A stretch of DNA of 64,000 nucleotides from Obrimoposthia wandeli (lineage: Eukaryota). The DNA lies in the NCBI GenBank assembly GCA_977020255.1, contig CDROCS010003282.1, positions 186,001 through 250,000 on the forward strand, given 5' to 3'. Within the stretch, counting starts at the first letter, position 1. Each line of letters starts with the position of its first letter. The position numbers and the translations under genes are program-made. This document shows, piece by piece, positions 46,937 to 62,000 of this stretch. The notes under the pieces were generated by a model. It saw only the letters and a list, made by a program, of their open reading frames with translations, was not told the DNA's origin and did not search any database.

Positions 46937-49020
46937 CTATAATAGCAATGGCCGTAGTATCTACTACAGTATTTCTGCTGACAGTAATATGCATGAAAGG
47001 CAGTCAGGTATGCCCGAAGATACGACGAAGGTGCAAAGAACTGAGATGGTGTTACACGCCTATTATAGAGGAAGTGAAATTGCGACCCTTACCTCCATAT
47101 CCCATAAAGAAGTGACATGTCGAAATTAGTTGTAGATAATAAGTGTGTAAAAGGATGTAGAATATGTTGTAGAAATTGAGTGTTAAAGCAATTGTAGAAA
47201 TATGTAGAAATCATGTAGAAATTAATTGTCATAATGTATTTAGAATATCTGAGGCTGGTTCGTGGGGAAACGCTATCCTGTGAGTTGCATTGGCGGAGAT
47301 CAGTGCAGTGTCCCACGTGCCCAACGCGTCGTCAAGACGTACAACAGTGAGCCAGAGAGGTGTGGCGTTCCAGCCGGGACCGACAATCCTGGCAACACGC
47401 ACGAAATGAGTGGCTCGCTACGCGAGACCGACACATTCCAAATAACCAGGGCGTCCCCATATTCCACCAAAGCTATAACCTCATTGTCATCCAACAACTG
47501 GAGCACTATATCGGTGTAATACCAGTCTCCCCGATGTTGCCACTGGAGCGGGTGATGCAGTTCCTGGAGGAGCAAAACAGTTTATCTCACACAATTGACC
47601 TTACATTAACATATCCGCTTTCTTCTCCTTCTTCTTCCATTTTCTCAACCTAATAACAATTGTAATATTTAGAAATATTTAATATATAGCGTTTTAATAC
47701 TGAATTTTAATAATTTTTTGGATAAGTTTTATTTATATCTACAACTGTAATGTAGATTAAGTATGTATAATAGGTAACCAAAGATGACTCTTAAAATCTA
47801 TAAGTTCCGAGGAAGTAACTTTTTCAAAACCCCGGAGGTATGTTAAGATTAGGAAATTTGAAAATTAAATTAAATTAATAATTATCTAGAGTGGAATTAA
47901 ACCTTGAATTGAAGGTTAAAATAGGAAATTAAATAGTAAAAAAAATTAAAATTGATTGAAATTAAAAAATAGTAAATTAAAATAATTTAGGACCTTGAAG
48001 AGGTCGTGTGTAGTGCGTTGTATATAAAGGGATTGATTTTAAAGCAAAGACCCCAAAAAACTAAGACTCGACAAAAAAACGATAATTTAGGATAGTGAAA
48101 TCGATAATTGAGGCAAACCAGCTTGTATTGCCTAATTCGACGCGTGGGAGAAGTACCAGCTTGTGGGATCCTCAACAGAGGTAAGCCTGAAATTAGAAAG
48201 AATAATTGATATTTATCCATTAGCAGAATCGTAGAAGCACTTACCGTTTGAGAAATGTCAGCTGCCATACATTAGAGAAAATCAAGTCAGGCATGTAAAA
48301 TTAATTACTACAGAGACAATTATTGTTGCGAAATTCTAGCTGCCATCTATTAGAGGTAAAAATATATATAAAAGAATAAAAAAAAATTTAAATCAGACTA
48401 GAATTGAAATCGGCCGGACGAAAAATAGAGAGTCGAATCACAATCAGATCAGAGGCCGGAATCCAGTGCGGTCACCAACTAGCAAAACAGAGCGAACAAA
48501 GTGTGACAAGCTCATCGCGGATCTCAACTAGAGCACTTGGATCAGATCGCAGCCGGACATCTAGGATCGGATTGCACCGGACCAGCTCAAGATAGATCTT
48601 GGTGAGAACTGAAATTTAGCGTGAAAGATTAACGTAATTGAGAACTGGATTATCGTAAGAATTATTATAAATTGTGAATTGAATTATTGTAAGAATTATC
48701 ATAAATTGTAAATTGAATTATCATAAGATGTATCATAAATCGTTGTAAGTATTTAGTAAATAGTTTTATTTATTCAGTAATATACTGCAGTAAATTCCTT
48801 TTTACAATTCAAATAAGTATACAATCAATTGTCAATTGACTTTGTGTTTAAAGAGAAATCAGTTGTATTTATTTGGTAAATACTACAATAAGGAATCGGT
48901 TTGTAAATATAAATTCATGTACAAAGTTTAAGAATATACAAATGTGTATTAAAATTGAAGTTTACTATAAAACAAGTAAATAACAGTTTTAAAACTTTAA
49001 ACTATTTTAAAATTTATTTT
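46937..49020 (+). mobile_element. Mirror copy of the third-family LTR remnant (LTR starts at 47841)
   Basis: CCCCGGAGGTA|TGTTAAG at 47830-47847; mirror ORFs 46885-47115 and 47360-47653. Confidence 0.6.
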
Positions 49021-52000
49021 AACAAGAATTTCACGAAAAAATCTCAATTCAGTTTAATACTTTTTAGTGTTTGAATTATTATAATTTGTAAACTTAGAGT
49101 GAGATGGTGATATATTATATCAATTCTTCTAAAAAAGTAGGATCACACAAGTATTTGATAGAAAATATATTCAGATTAAAATTTAAACCAAAACGAAACT
49201 TTTGTGTGATAAATTTATTTTACATTTCTAATCTTTATTTATATACTTTTATCATTATGTGTAATAATTGTATTATACATTTCTAATATGTTGTAAATCA
49301 GTTTGGATAATGTATATGTTTAAAATCATTTATATGTGAATTTTATAAATTCAATTTGAATATCAAATCTATTGATATGTAATAATCATTATGTCGTAAT
49401 TTACTTGCAAGAATTTAAAACTTACAAATAATATTTTTAATACTTCTGTGAATATATTTTTTAATTGTAATTATTTTTTCTTATTACAAGACCTTTTTTA
49501 CTTTTAAAAAAAAAATTAAATTATTTTTACAAAAACTTTTAGAACTATAGAACGGAATCTCTTGTATCAAAAGCTGAGAATTTGAAATTATAACCTCAAA
49601 AATTACAAATTGGATACTTAGAAAATCAGTCAGATATAAAAGAGTTGTTAATATAAATTGATAAGTTAGAACTTCTCATCTTAAAATGTCAACTACAAAA
49701 TATAAAGTTATAAAAAATATTTTATCTTTTTCGTTGAACAATCAAATTGAGTATAAAAGTAAACTGATTTCATTATTATTAAAGATAATCATAAACATGG
49801 TAAAGATTTCATTATTGATTATAGTTATAAATTGAGTTTTCATTGTATATATTATATCTTTAAGTGACATGGTGACCTGTTAATACAGCGTGACATATCT
49901 GAAAAAGCAGGTCTCATATGACATAAATTAAAATTTTTCAAATAACTTTTCTACTTGTAAATAAAAGTAGTTACATTTTTTATATATTTTTTTAATTTAC
50001 TTACTATAAATTTACCTATAATTTACCTAATATTAAAAAAATATTATTTTATCCTTATATAGAATTTCCCTACATGCACACATACACAGTATAAGCGATG
50101 TCTTATTTATAAGTTTTACATACACACACAGGCATATACATCTAGTATAAAATTATATATATTCTATATAGAATTTCCAAACATATACATACACATACAC
50201 ACACCTAGTATAAAAATATCTTATTATATCAATTTATAGAATTTCCATACATACACACATACACAGTATAAGCAATGTCTTATATATATATATATGGATT
50301 TTACATACATACACGCATACACACACCTAGTATAAAATATCTTATTATATCCTTAAATTTTAAATTAAATTAAATTTCCATACATACACAGTATAAGCGA
50401 TATCTTATATATAAGTTTCCACACATACACATTCACACACACACACTTAGTATAAAAATTATTTATATATTCTTATTTAGAATTTCCAAACATACCCACA
50501 GACACATAATATAAGCAATAACTTATATAGAATTTTCACACACACACATACATATACACATTCTTTTATATATTTATTATCTTATTGAATATAATCATAG
50601 TTAAATGGTGGCCCGGTAATGCAGGGTTACATATCTGCAAAAGCAGATCTCATATGATACAAATTTAATTTGACGCAAATTTTGTTTTAATGAGATGGTA
50701 ATTTAAAATCTATAAAGAATTTAAGGCATTAGGCCAACGTTGCCCATGTAAACATTGAAAAAGTCGCCATTTGCAAAAAATGGCGATTACAGCTGTTTTT
50801 TTTCCATTCTAAATATAAAAAATTAAATCCTAATTATTAGACAAGAAATATATAGAAATATTATTAAAATATTTAAATATTTTAAAAATAACAAAATATT
50901 TACAATTTATTATATGAAATTTTAACATTATGAACATTAAAAATCCCTGACAAGTTTTAAAGATATAATTTATTCTAACTTTTTTAATTTATGAATTTTA
51001 ATTTATTTAAAAATTGAATTATATTGTAATGGAGCTCATAATATTTAATTATGATAATTTTAAGAAGAAAATTTTGAAAACATGCGAAGAGCTACAAAAA
51101 TATGGTATTTTTTAATATTTTAAATTATCAAATTTGACATTTTAGAGTTTATTCATAAAGAAAAAACCTGCAGAATATGCAGAGAAAAGAAGAAATTGAA
51201 GTATAGAGCTGACAGAGATTCAGTTCGATGGATGTGTACCAAACAGCATGAAATAAGTGCTTAATCATAAACATTTTTTGAAGGCATGCAACGTTGCCCA
51301 TGTTTAATATAAATATATATGTTTAATTTTTGTTAATAATTAATGAATATATTTATGAATAATAATTTAATAAAGTATATACAAAATATTTAATAATTTA
51401 AAAAGTAATAAAGTAATACAATAGCTTACAAATTCTCAATAGTTGATTTTTAAAAGAATAAAATTCATAAACATGTAGGTTAGTAAACACAGCGAAATTA
51501 AATGAATTTAACAGCTGTTTTTTTGATAAATATAAACAAACCAATGGCAACATAGGCATTCAGCCGAATTTAATTAGGCTAAATTCAAATTAGTGCCAAA
51601 ATTTAAATAAGATGGAGGTCATATGAGGTCATAAATGAAACTTAAATTAATTTTCACATGATTTTCTTTTTCTTTTTTTCTTTTTATCTTTTATATATTC
51701 ATAAATTTTAATTTTAAACCAATGACCACAGAAAATCATAGGTTGATATAGTTAAGATATTTTATTTCCTAAACTCATTAATTTTGTTAGATTTTACAAG
51801 TCTCAAATATTTGTCCCATTGTCTTTACATTATTGGTTTGTTAGTGACTAAACATTCTCTTTTGTCCATGATTATTTTCTCAGGATATCTTATATTTTTA
51901 TGGTTAAATTGGTTTTGGATTGTGATTTTTCCTGTATATTTCCAAAAATGGGAATTATGTCCTCTATATCTTATTCTTATGAGGGCTTTATCTAAGTCAT

Positions 52001-53049
52001 CTATTTTAGTTGAATTTTCCATTTTATCATGATTTGATATTTTGTTATATATTTTGCTGTCCTTTTTAATTTTGATGCTAAGTATATATTCAATATTCCT
52101 GACAATCCTTCATGATCTTCTAATTCCTCTCGTCCTACATAAATCGCATCGATTCTCTATTCTGATTTCTTTTCTATCGGGTATCTGCACTCAACCGGTA
52201 CGTCTTCATCATCCAACGATCTATCGTTATAATGAAATAACAAATTCATTCCGTTTATTCAAATTTTCTCTGCTACTCTTCTTCAAAATGTCTTTATCGT
52301 TTGATACACGTTAAGTTTCTCAAGCATAATATTTCCATTAATTAATCGAATTGAAATATTTAGTGTATCCTTTTGGTTAACTCTCTGTACATAATGATCA
52401 TATCTTTTAAATAATCCTTGCGTTATCTCTGTAAGTCAGGTTATCATGACTATGTTTAAACAATTATGTTCGCAATTCTCCAAATTTGTGCGATTTAACG
52501 TTTTGTAACGTTTTGTAAAACTTTTGGAGCTTCGCTTGCTTCATCTAGCGGTTAAATCAATCTTTTTGTAGTTACACTAATTATTTCGTTCACATTTTCG
52601 ATACTCTGTGAATTCATCGCTGTCTCTACATGATCAATCATAGGTTGTGCATTACAACTCTTTTCTATCGGTGTCTCATATGCTTCTAAGACTCAATTCA
52701 TCAGATCATTAAACTCGTATCTTGTGCGATGCTTTTTTTCTTAACGTGATAACGTAGATGAATTCGCCATTTTCGTATGTGGTGAATTTTCAATTATTCC
52801 CAACTTTCGTTCGAATTTATTATCATTGTCTTCAAAATCTATTTCATGTCTAAGTTCTGTTTCACTATTTCTATCACTGTCATTATTTATGTAACTCAAA
52901 TTTTCTTTTGATTTCGATGAACTTTCGCGATTATTTGTCTTTTCAACATTATTATTATATCTTCCTGAATTATCATATCTCTGAGCTACTGCTGTCTATC
53001 TGCATAATAATTATATCTCCCTGGTAATTGTTGTCTATCCCTGTACTGA

Positions 53050-53765
53050 TTATTCGTTCTCCATTGCAGTGGAGTATACCTTCCACATATATTTTATGGT
53101 GGGTGTATTATATCCTCTGTAATTACTATTACCAAACTCTTTACCCCTTGTACAATTTCTTGCATAATTGGTTTAAATTTGTTTATTCATTTGTTTACAC
53201 ATATAACACTGTTTTCTTCCTTGAATACATATTTTATTATGTTCATCTTCAAACTGTACTCGATGACTATTTTGTCTATTGTGTCTATTTTGTTTAACAC
53301 TTAACTATCCTTTTTCAATCCACCTCTGAATATATCTAACAAAACTTATGCCATTTCAACTTGATTCTGAATATCTTCTACTAATTGTACATCTGCAGCT
53401 ACAGTTATGCCTGCAGCCTTTCTCAATATTTTTCTTGGATGCGCTCGTGCTCCTAAGATTTTCAAAACATATGCGTATTCATTCACGCTCTTATCATGTT
53501 TCTGTTTTCGTTCTCTCTAAATTCGTTTATTTACTTTCGCTAAATCTCCCAATACCAATTTTCCTAGAAAAACAGTTTCCAATGTTTCCCAATTTTCACG
53601 TTCTGCTCCTGTCATATGTTTATTCACTTCAAGTTCTAATCCTGTCAAATGTGTTTATACGCAAATACATTTTTCTCTATCGTTCCATCCTTGAACAAAT
53701 GCGCAACTCGAATATTCTGCGAAGAAGTCACAGAAACTTTCCACATATCCTTTAAACTTTGCGAT
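53050..53765 (-). pseudogene. gag: Mirror copy of the decayed gag
   Basis: Reverse complement of 4785-5500. Confidence 0.7.
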
Positions 53766-56005
53766 CTGCAGTGAGTTGTGTAAAGTTTGGTCTCAACGTC
53801 GCATTCAAAACTCTCTAATCGGACTCCTAGCTTTTTTAACTCATGCTTCGAAAACTATATTAATTTTATCACTGAATAATTGTGTCAAAATTTATTTTGT
53901 TAAAACGTGTAAAAAATTCCTGATAATAAAACGTACTGAAGTGAGCAGAGATTTTATTAAAGCGATTTGTAAATATAAAATTGAAGACCCATTTTATATG
54001 GAGGTGCAAAGGATTGGATTAACGGGAGTATACTGTAAACTGTGTAACATTAAATATACATTTTTTTGATTTTATTTTATACAAATATTAATTTTAAATA
54101 AACTACCGTATATATTCCCACATAGGACGTGTTTATTGTAAATCTTAATATGTTTTATCTACCGATTATCATTTTTCATAAAAGTAAATATAATTTTTTT
54201 ATAAAAATGTGTTAAATAATTTAGTTACATTTCTTCTGACAAATATTAGTACAAATCTCAGATTTTAGTTTAAAATGATTAATTACTTTATAATGTTTAA
54301 TGCGTTTGATGTACAAGTGAATGCAAACCTTGACTTAATATCCTATATAATAGGAGTGTGTCCTATAAGCAGTATGTACAGTAAATAAACTGTTGTTAAT
54401 AGGTTGTTCATAAGTAATGTATATTTTCTTAATAATAACTTTAGAATCATGTTTCTCTCTAACCACTGAGTTTTAGAATTAAAGGTAATTTATTTCTTTT
54501 ATATGTATTGGTTTTAAAAGTCAGATTATACGAAAAAGAACCCAAAGAATTGCAGAACAGTTGCACCAGGATTATCTTCGTGAAATCATACGGATCAAAG
54601 GAACGAAGCCACCGATACTTCAGGAAATAAGACAATTTTACAAGGAGTATTCTTGGGGACGCATAAAAACTAGAACCTGGCTGACACTATGAAGGAGACC
54701 GACTCGAAGGAATACAGTAGAGCCCCAATAACCTAGTAATTCGGAGTGTTATAAAAAAGGTTTAACCATTGAGTGCTAAAGTAATAAAGTAAAGAATTGA
54801 AGTTTAACAGTTGTGTAGAATATTGAAGTCATAAATTAAAGTACTAAATGGGAATCAATAACGAATACTTGAGGTGTAATAAACCGTATCCCGCCAAGTA
54901 AATTGTAAAATCGTAGTGTCACCCTGTCCATAATAATCGTTTATTAGTGTAATTTGTAGTTTGATTTTTAGTGATTCAAATCATTGTACTAAAATAAATA
55001 TATTGAACCTTAACATAGTAAAACGGATTTCAGTTGGATAATACTCACCCTTTTGATAACGCTCGGATTCAGTAACAAACAGGCTAGCCGAGAGCTAATC
55101 ACTTAACGGTGTTTCGAACTCCAGAGTATTCAAAACCGAGTTGATTAAGTTACTCAAAAAGATAAATTGAAAAAAGGCATTTGTAAAAATAATAGTCGAG
55201 TTATCGATATACAGGAGATATAGGCAATAAGAGAATCGAAGTCATAAAGAGATAAGACGGATAGTCAAAGAGGACACGCGTTTAATATTAGAAGACATAG
55301 TCGAGTGGAACAAATTCCTCGGGAAGATATAAAAATAATAAACAGAGCCGAGTAGAACAGATTCCTCGAGCAGATGAAGAAGTTACAAATATTTTATTGT
55401 CGAAGAAACAGTAACTGTAAATCGGTCAGCAGTTTCAACCAAGAGTTTCTTTTTGACTGATTTGTAACAAGGAAATATTGGAATTAAATCAAGAAGATAT
55501 AGAAATTGCCAATCCAGAAGAGATTGAGGAAATTAATTTGAATAATATTGAAGAAGTAATTGAGAATATGGCTAATGCATGTAATATGAATGTAGAACAG
55601 TTGGGACAGAGAGAAAATAGAGGCGGAATTGAAAAAATGTCAGTAATTAACATATCTTAATTCGTTCTACCAAAAAGAGTCTGATAAACAAGGGAGTCGA
55701 ATTAGCGGGAGTAGACTGTCCATAATAAATATAAAACTGCTTGTAAATGCCCTACAATGTTGAGATTTAAGAAATGGTTCCTTAACACAAAACTTTCGGA
55801 AATTATTGATATACTCTAAATATACTAACTAAGAAAGTAAAGTCATTCATTTTACAGAAGCGAACTGACATTTGGTGATCCATAGATATGTACAAAATTA
55901 CTTCGCGATAATAACTACATTTTCCGAAAACAGCTCAAATTGAAAAAAGTGATGAAAGTGCTCATATTTTATTTATAAAGTAACATATAAACAATACACA
56001 AAGTG

Positions 56006-59000
56006 TTAATCTTCTGATAAGTTTTCTTGGATCTTCTTGATTGTGTCAACGAATTTCTCACAGATGTCGCCTGTCTTGAATTTGATCATCATTTGTACCT
56101 TGGTGGGTTCTTCTTTACTGAAATCCATAGCAAACCAGCAAACCATGTTCTTTGCCTTTCCTTCTTTGGCTACCACAAAATTTGGTATTTCCCGAGTAAC
56201 TTTCTGATTACAGCGAATAATCTCTACAATCTCCTGTCTCATCAAAAGCCTTCCTTCCGTTGTGGATTCTTTTTCCATTTTTAGAATCTTCATCGGGCCA
56301 AGACAACACTCCTTCCACTCTCCATTCCCAAATAGATAAAGTTTTGCACGCTCACTGAACTCCACATCATACCCCTCTTCACCCGTTATGAGTTTCACTT
56401 TCTCCAGCTGAACAATAGGCTCAAATTGTGGATCATGGTCGTTTCCGGGTTCTGACTCGTCTTCTTTCTCCGTAGTAGCTTCAACTAATTTGATTGCAGA
56501 CCCAGACTCAAGATTGAACTTGAACAAACTACTTGACTCAGCAGTACTCGATGAAGGGTTCGAGATAAATATGCTTGTTGAATCGCTCTTACTTGTAAAA
56601 AGATTGATTGGTTCTTTCTTATCAGAAACATTAACTTGCGGTGTCTCTCCAAATAGATTAGAATTTCTTAACTTCCCCACGTTGCCGAATAACTTAGACA
56701 CATTTTCTGTAGAGCCATCTTTCTGGCCAAACAGGCTCGAACTGTTACCAAAAGGATTGACGGTGCTTGGACTCGAGGCTGACATGTTACCGAATAATTT
56801 TGCTGACGTTGAATTGTCTCCGAACAAACTGTTTGCTGAATGATTTCCAAGGCTTTTGGATTCTACGGGATTTTGTGAATTTCCAAAAATACTTCCATTG
56901 GATATATTATTACCAAAAAGATTGACGGTGCCTTGACTCGAGCCTGATGTGTTACCAAATAATTTTGTAGACGTTGAATTGTCTCCGAACAAACTGTTTG
57001 CTGCTTTATTTCCCAGGCTTTTGGATTCTACGGGATTTTGTAGATTTCCAAAAATACTCCCATTGGATGTATTATTACCAAAAGGATTGACGGTGCTTGG
57101 ACTCGAGCCTGATGTGTTACCAAATAATTTTGTAGACGTTGAATTGTCTCCGAACAAACTGTTTGCTGCTTTATTTCCCAGGCTTTTGGATTCTACGGGA
57201 TTTTGTGAATTTCCAAAAATACTCCCATTGGATGTATTATTACCAAAAAGATTGACGGTGCTCGTTGGTGTCTCATTCTTGGCATACAGATTTGGAATAT
57301 GCTGATTAGGCTGCACGTCTGCAAAAATATTCGAACTAGGTATAGAGCTCGGTATATTCGAGAAAAGACCGGAATTGTTCTGGTCACAGGCAAAGTCGGT
57401 ACATTTCCCTTTATTTAGATGACCCTTCAAAGCGGAGCTATGTTGAGGAAGGAACTGAGTGTCTTCATCGGACTGTTCTTCTAAATCAGAAAGATTCTCA
57501 AAATAGAAGAAGTAGAACGGCAATTGAAGTGCCTTGGCACGGTTAATCTGTTCCTGTGTGACGTAGGGCTCGTGGGTTATAAGTACGTCACTGTCGTGCG
57601 AAGATATTTCACTGTTCCCCTCGTAGTCAGGTATATTGTTACCATTGCCACAAGCGATACACGTTGTTTTATCGGCATTGTTGACAGTTGTGCACTCGTT
57701 ACATGTCCACAGCGGTTTCACGTCTGATTCTGCCTTTACCGTCAACTCCACCTTCGACATTGGTGAAGAACTGAAGCCAAACTTAATGACTGCACCAACA
57801 CTGCTTGAGGAAAGGTTGAATGGCAATGATACATTGGAAAGCTTGTCTGTGTCACTGGACTGCGATTTGCCAAATAGAATGGGAGAATCTACTTCCGTAG
57901 AAGCGGCTACTTCTGGGTTCTGCGTAGTGCAAGCTGGGCAACTTTTGTGCTTGTTGTCATTCATACAAGAACATGTTGGACACTGCCATTTCCCATCGCT
58001 GAATCTCGACATGTCAAAGGTTGATGATGCTCTGCTTACAACTTCAGTTTCTGGGTTGCTTAATGAAGCTGTAGATGGGTTCTGCGTAGTGCAAGCTGGG
58101 CAACTTTTGTGCTTGTTGTCATTCATGCAGGAACATGTTGGACACTGCCATTTCCCAGCGCTGAATCTTGACAGGTCAAAAGTTGATGATGCTCTGGTTT
58201 CAGTTGGTTGTGACGAGGATGGGAGAGCCGACTGATTCTTGTTTATAGTGTACTGCTGTGTCTGACGTGATTCGACCTGCTTAAGGATCTGGGATGTTTT
58301 GTAAAGCTTGTCCAAGGAGTCCCGCCCAAAGTCAGCGAGCGGTTGCTGGATGCAGTTTGTCAGCTGATTACAATAATCCTGCGCATTCTGACGTATCTCC
58401 AGTTCGCGAATACGGCGCTCCAGTCGAGAACACTCGTCTTGGTTCATCAGCGACTCAACAGTTTGTCGCAATTGTTCATTTTCTACGGCCAGCACCTCAT
58501 TCTTGCACTCCAGTTTGTGCATCTTTCCATAAAGTGTCTGCACTTGGACTGCCATATTTGCATAGAGTCTGTTCTGTCTGTCTACATGGCTGGATATCAC
58601 ACTTCTCTCATTCTGGCCATACGATAGAGACCCGTTCATGTCACGAAAAGCTTTCATACAGGCTGTCATACCAGACCGAAGTCTCTCGCTACCAAGGTCG
58701 AGCTGCATTAGGCGCTCTTCCACTTCATCCATTTTCCGTGAGGCTATATTATCCACATTTTCAAGCCGATGCATTGCAGGTACTGCTGCTGGAGTACACA
58801 TCTGATTGCTGTTGCTAGTCTCGCTATTAATAGAAAAGTTCAGGGTGGAGAAGGCCTTTCCCACTGGAATGGGTGCCGTAAGCTCGTTTACATAACCTAT
58901 AAACTGCTTGTACATACTGTGAGCAGTATCATCAGTCCGACTGGCAGTCTCCACAAGCCTACAACCTCTCTGCGCCACAACGAGGGCTTCTTCTGGTCGT

Positions 59001-62000
59001 GACAGTCGCAGTAAATACTGCACCTTTAGCAGGTGGAACTGCGCACACTTCTCGAAGAGCGGCTCTAGCTCCTTTAACATTTGATCAACTCCAGGAGAAA
59101 ATGTCTTGTCTGAAAGGTTGGCCCCCTCTCGCAGCTCCGTCTCTAAAATCAAGAGACCTCCTTCCTTCCGCCAATCATTGAGTTGCTTCTCATCATCGGG
59201 GCCCAAGAAGTAACAGTGCTGCTGTTGGCGATACAGGTACGGTTGCTGCTGTTTGAATGGCAGTATATGAAGTGCAAGAGAACGCATGCTCGTCAGGACT
59301 GATCGGTAGAGCATCTCACTGCGTCTTGAGGCTGCCTCTTCTCCCGTAGACCGAGCGTACTGGAGTAGCAAATGCGCTGTTCTTAGAGCACTCGCATCTG
59401 GCAGAGAAGCTGCTGCGTTTCCACTGACTGATAGGCCACTACACTGCATGGTCTCAAGACCGTGTTTAAGCAACTCACGCATGACCCCAATGGAAGTGAG
59501 ACGTCGCTTCTCGAGAGCATAATCACACAGAGCCGTCCACCAGCTACTGAAGAAATCTGGGAAGACTGAATTGGCTATTTCTGGTGGCGAAAGCAGAGGC
59601 GTGGTACTGTCTAAGCGACGAAGTGAAGTCTGATAAGAAACTAATGCAGCGAGAATAAAGGCCACCACATCAATCTGAGCTAAGTTCTGAGGAGGCCTTG
59701 TGGAAGGAAAACTAGGGCACTCAACCGAGATACTATTTTGAAATAGGCTACGGACAAATTTGGAAATGGATCTTGCTGCCTCAGGGCTTAAATCGTGGTT
59801 GTTGTCGGTGTCCGGGTTTATGCAAGACAAATGGAACATGAGCAGATCAAAGTCCGACTCACAGCCATTTGGAGGTGCGATTATTGATTGCAATGACCTT
59901 GACTCTGGGATTGAATAAGAAAATAAATATATGAAAGAGTGAAAATAATAGGTACTTTACTTTTACCAAAAATGTAACAATTGTTTAGTTTATCGAAGAC
60001 AATAACAGAATAATACAGAACCACTCACCAACATGGGGAAACCCTGAGCAGATTCTGTTTAGCGAGTCCAGTATGTTAGCTTGCTTTTCTTTGGGCCACA
60101 CGATGCCAGTCACCAATTCCATCCACGAGATGTTAGAGTTCGCATCCGAATCGCAATTGGGACGCAGTATGTGTTCACAGACTGCCAGGTGACGCAGTCT
60201 TTGCAGTTGCAACCATACTGACACAGCACTGCTGTCCATGTCAGAAGGAGTACTGGATAGACGGTCTACAGAAGACAATATCCTTTAGGTATGAAGATTG
60301 AAATATGCAATAGAACCCATAAAATGAACCAAATTACAATTTGAAAATCACATAATTAAACCTAGCTTAATAAGTTGTATATCGACCTCAGTAACATTCA
60401 TAACTGGCAGGCAAACAGAAGTTTACATAACTAGGTTGTATACAGATTATCTAACATACATAACATAAATGCAGCAACTTTTGATGCATTATGAAGAGTT
60501 GCTGTGATATCTATTTTAAGTTACTGTAATTCAGATGTAGTTCGACTCCATTCTCAACTGGTAAAATAACGTTTGGCACTTGTTTGAACAATTGTATGTT
60601 ATTTTATGACATCTAGGGATCCATCGTATACATACTTTTAGAAAGCTTGATTATATTTTTACAATTAATTTACAAATATACACCACTTACAATATCACAA
60701 CACGAGTATTAAAGTAATGTATCTACTCATAAAAGCATTACAACTTAACACTGTAATCAGAAATTACTTGATACGATTTGCACTTAATTATGGTTGAGAT
60801 TTATTGATATAAATGGTAGTTTACCTCTGCAACTTGAGTAGCATTGCAGTAGAGCTGCCACATGCAAACCGGAGCACTTGTATTGACCCGATGGAAATGA
60901 CGCCAGTCTTATGTGAGTTACGCAACTAAGGAAGTATAGAAACTGTCCTGCTAGATCCGGTAAAAAAGTAGAATTGTTCAGCAGAATCAGCAGATTTAGA
61001 AGCTCTGTCAGACATTGTTCTAGGCCAAATTCATCGATTTTGTCAATGAAGTGGAGATACTTCAACAGGGCCACACTGTGATACAGTCTGCTTGGTGGTG
61101 TAAAAAAAGAAAATTAATTTTATAATAGACTGTATGAGTTTTACACTATTTAACATGCGAATTAAATAAATGTTATGGTATTAACTATATTGATAGTTTC
61201 GTTCACTTCACCTAAAGAATGACCAGTGATTTCCTGCAAATTTTATCGTCTTCTGTGTGATAAATCATATGTAAAAGGCGGTGAAATCACCCCAAATACC
61301 TTTAAAAATATTAAGTAAAATTAGCAAATAGATTCAATAAAATTTAAAATAAAAATAGGGGTCTGTTTCCCAAAATACATTCAGAAGATTTCGTTTAATT
61401 TTACTCAGTGATTACAGAAATAAACTAAATAAGTATTTTAATTTTTATGAAAAATTAACGAATTAATACTCCTTTTATATAATTTAAATATCTGTTTAGT
61501 CAGCATTGAAATACCTGTGAGAATCACAATCACCTTCGTTATTGATGCTGTTGCGGAATACGGATAGAAGTAACCGACAACTCTCAAACTTCTCGATTTT
61601 TTGCTGTTCCATCAACTCTATACATCTTTCTAAAGTACCACTTTCAGATTTCTTCGCTGACAAAGCAGCCAAATAACGATTAAGCGCTTTCTCATTTTCT
61701 CCGACTTTCTCTTGCAACTCAAGGAACTCAGCATCACTCATTCCGCCATTGGACATATCACCGAACATCAGTTTCCCTTTAAAGTCCTTTTCAATCGTCT
61801 GCATCCAGTATTTTACTTTTGAATCGGATACTTTAGGAATACTTTGTAGCATTTCAACAATCTTTTTTGCACATAACTCTGACTTATTAAGTAAATAGAG
61901 CTGTTCATAAGAGTTAAGAGCATAATCGTACTCTTCAAGACGCTCGTGAATCAGTGCTTTCAGTTCCCAAGCTGACAAATTATTACTTTGGAATTTTGTG

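Larger units (their letters stand above)
41484..58200 (-). repeat. Right arm of the large inverted duplication (matches 1-5978 plus 20824-32967, minus left-only insertions)
   Basis: Mirror ORF pairs with constant coordinate sums: 2648+56006, 4774+53776, 21356+52042, 26184+48268, 30553+43896, 32967+41484. Confidence 0.97.

Noticed and set aside
1-58200. Simple fold-back read artefact as the explanation for the palindrome
   Set aside because: The arms differ by TSD-flanked insertions, repeat counts and SNPs, which a fold-back chimera would not create. A haplotype misjoin is not excluded.
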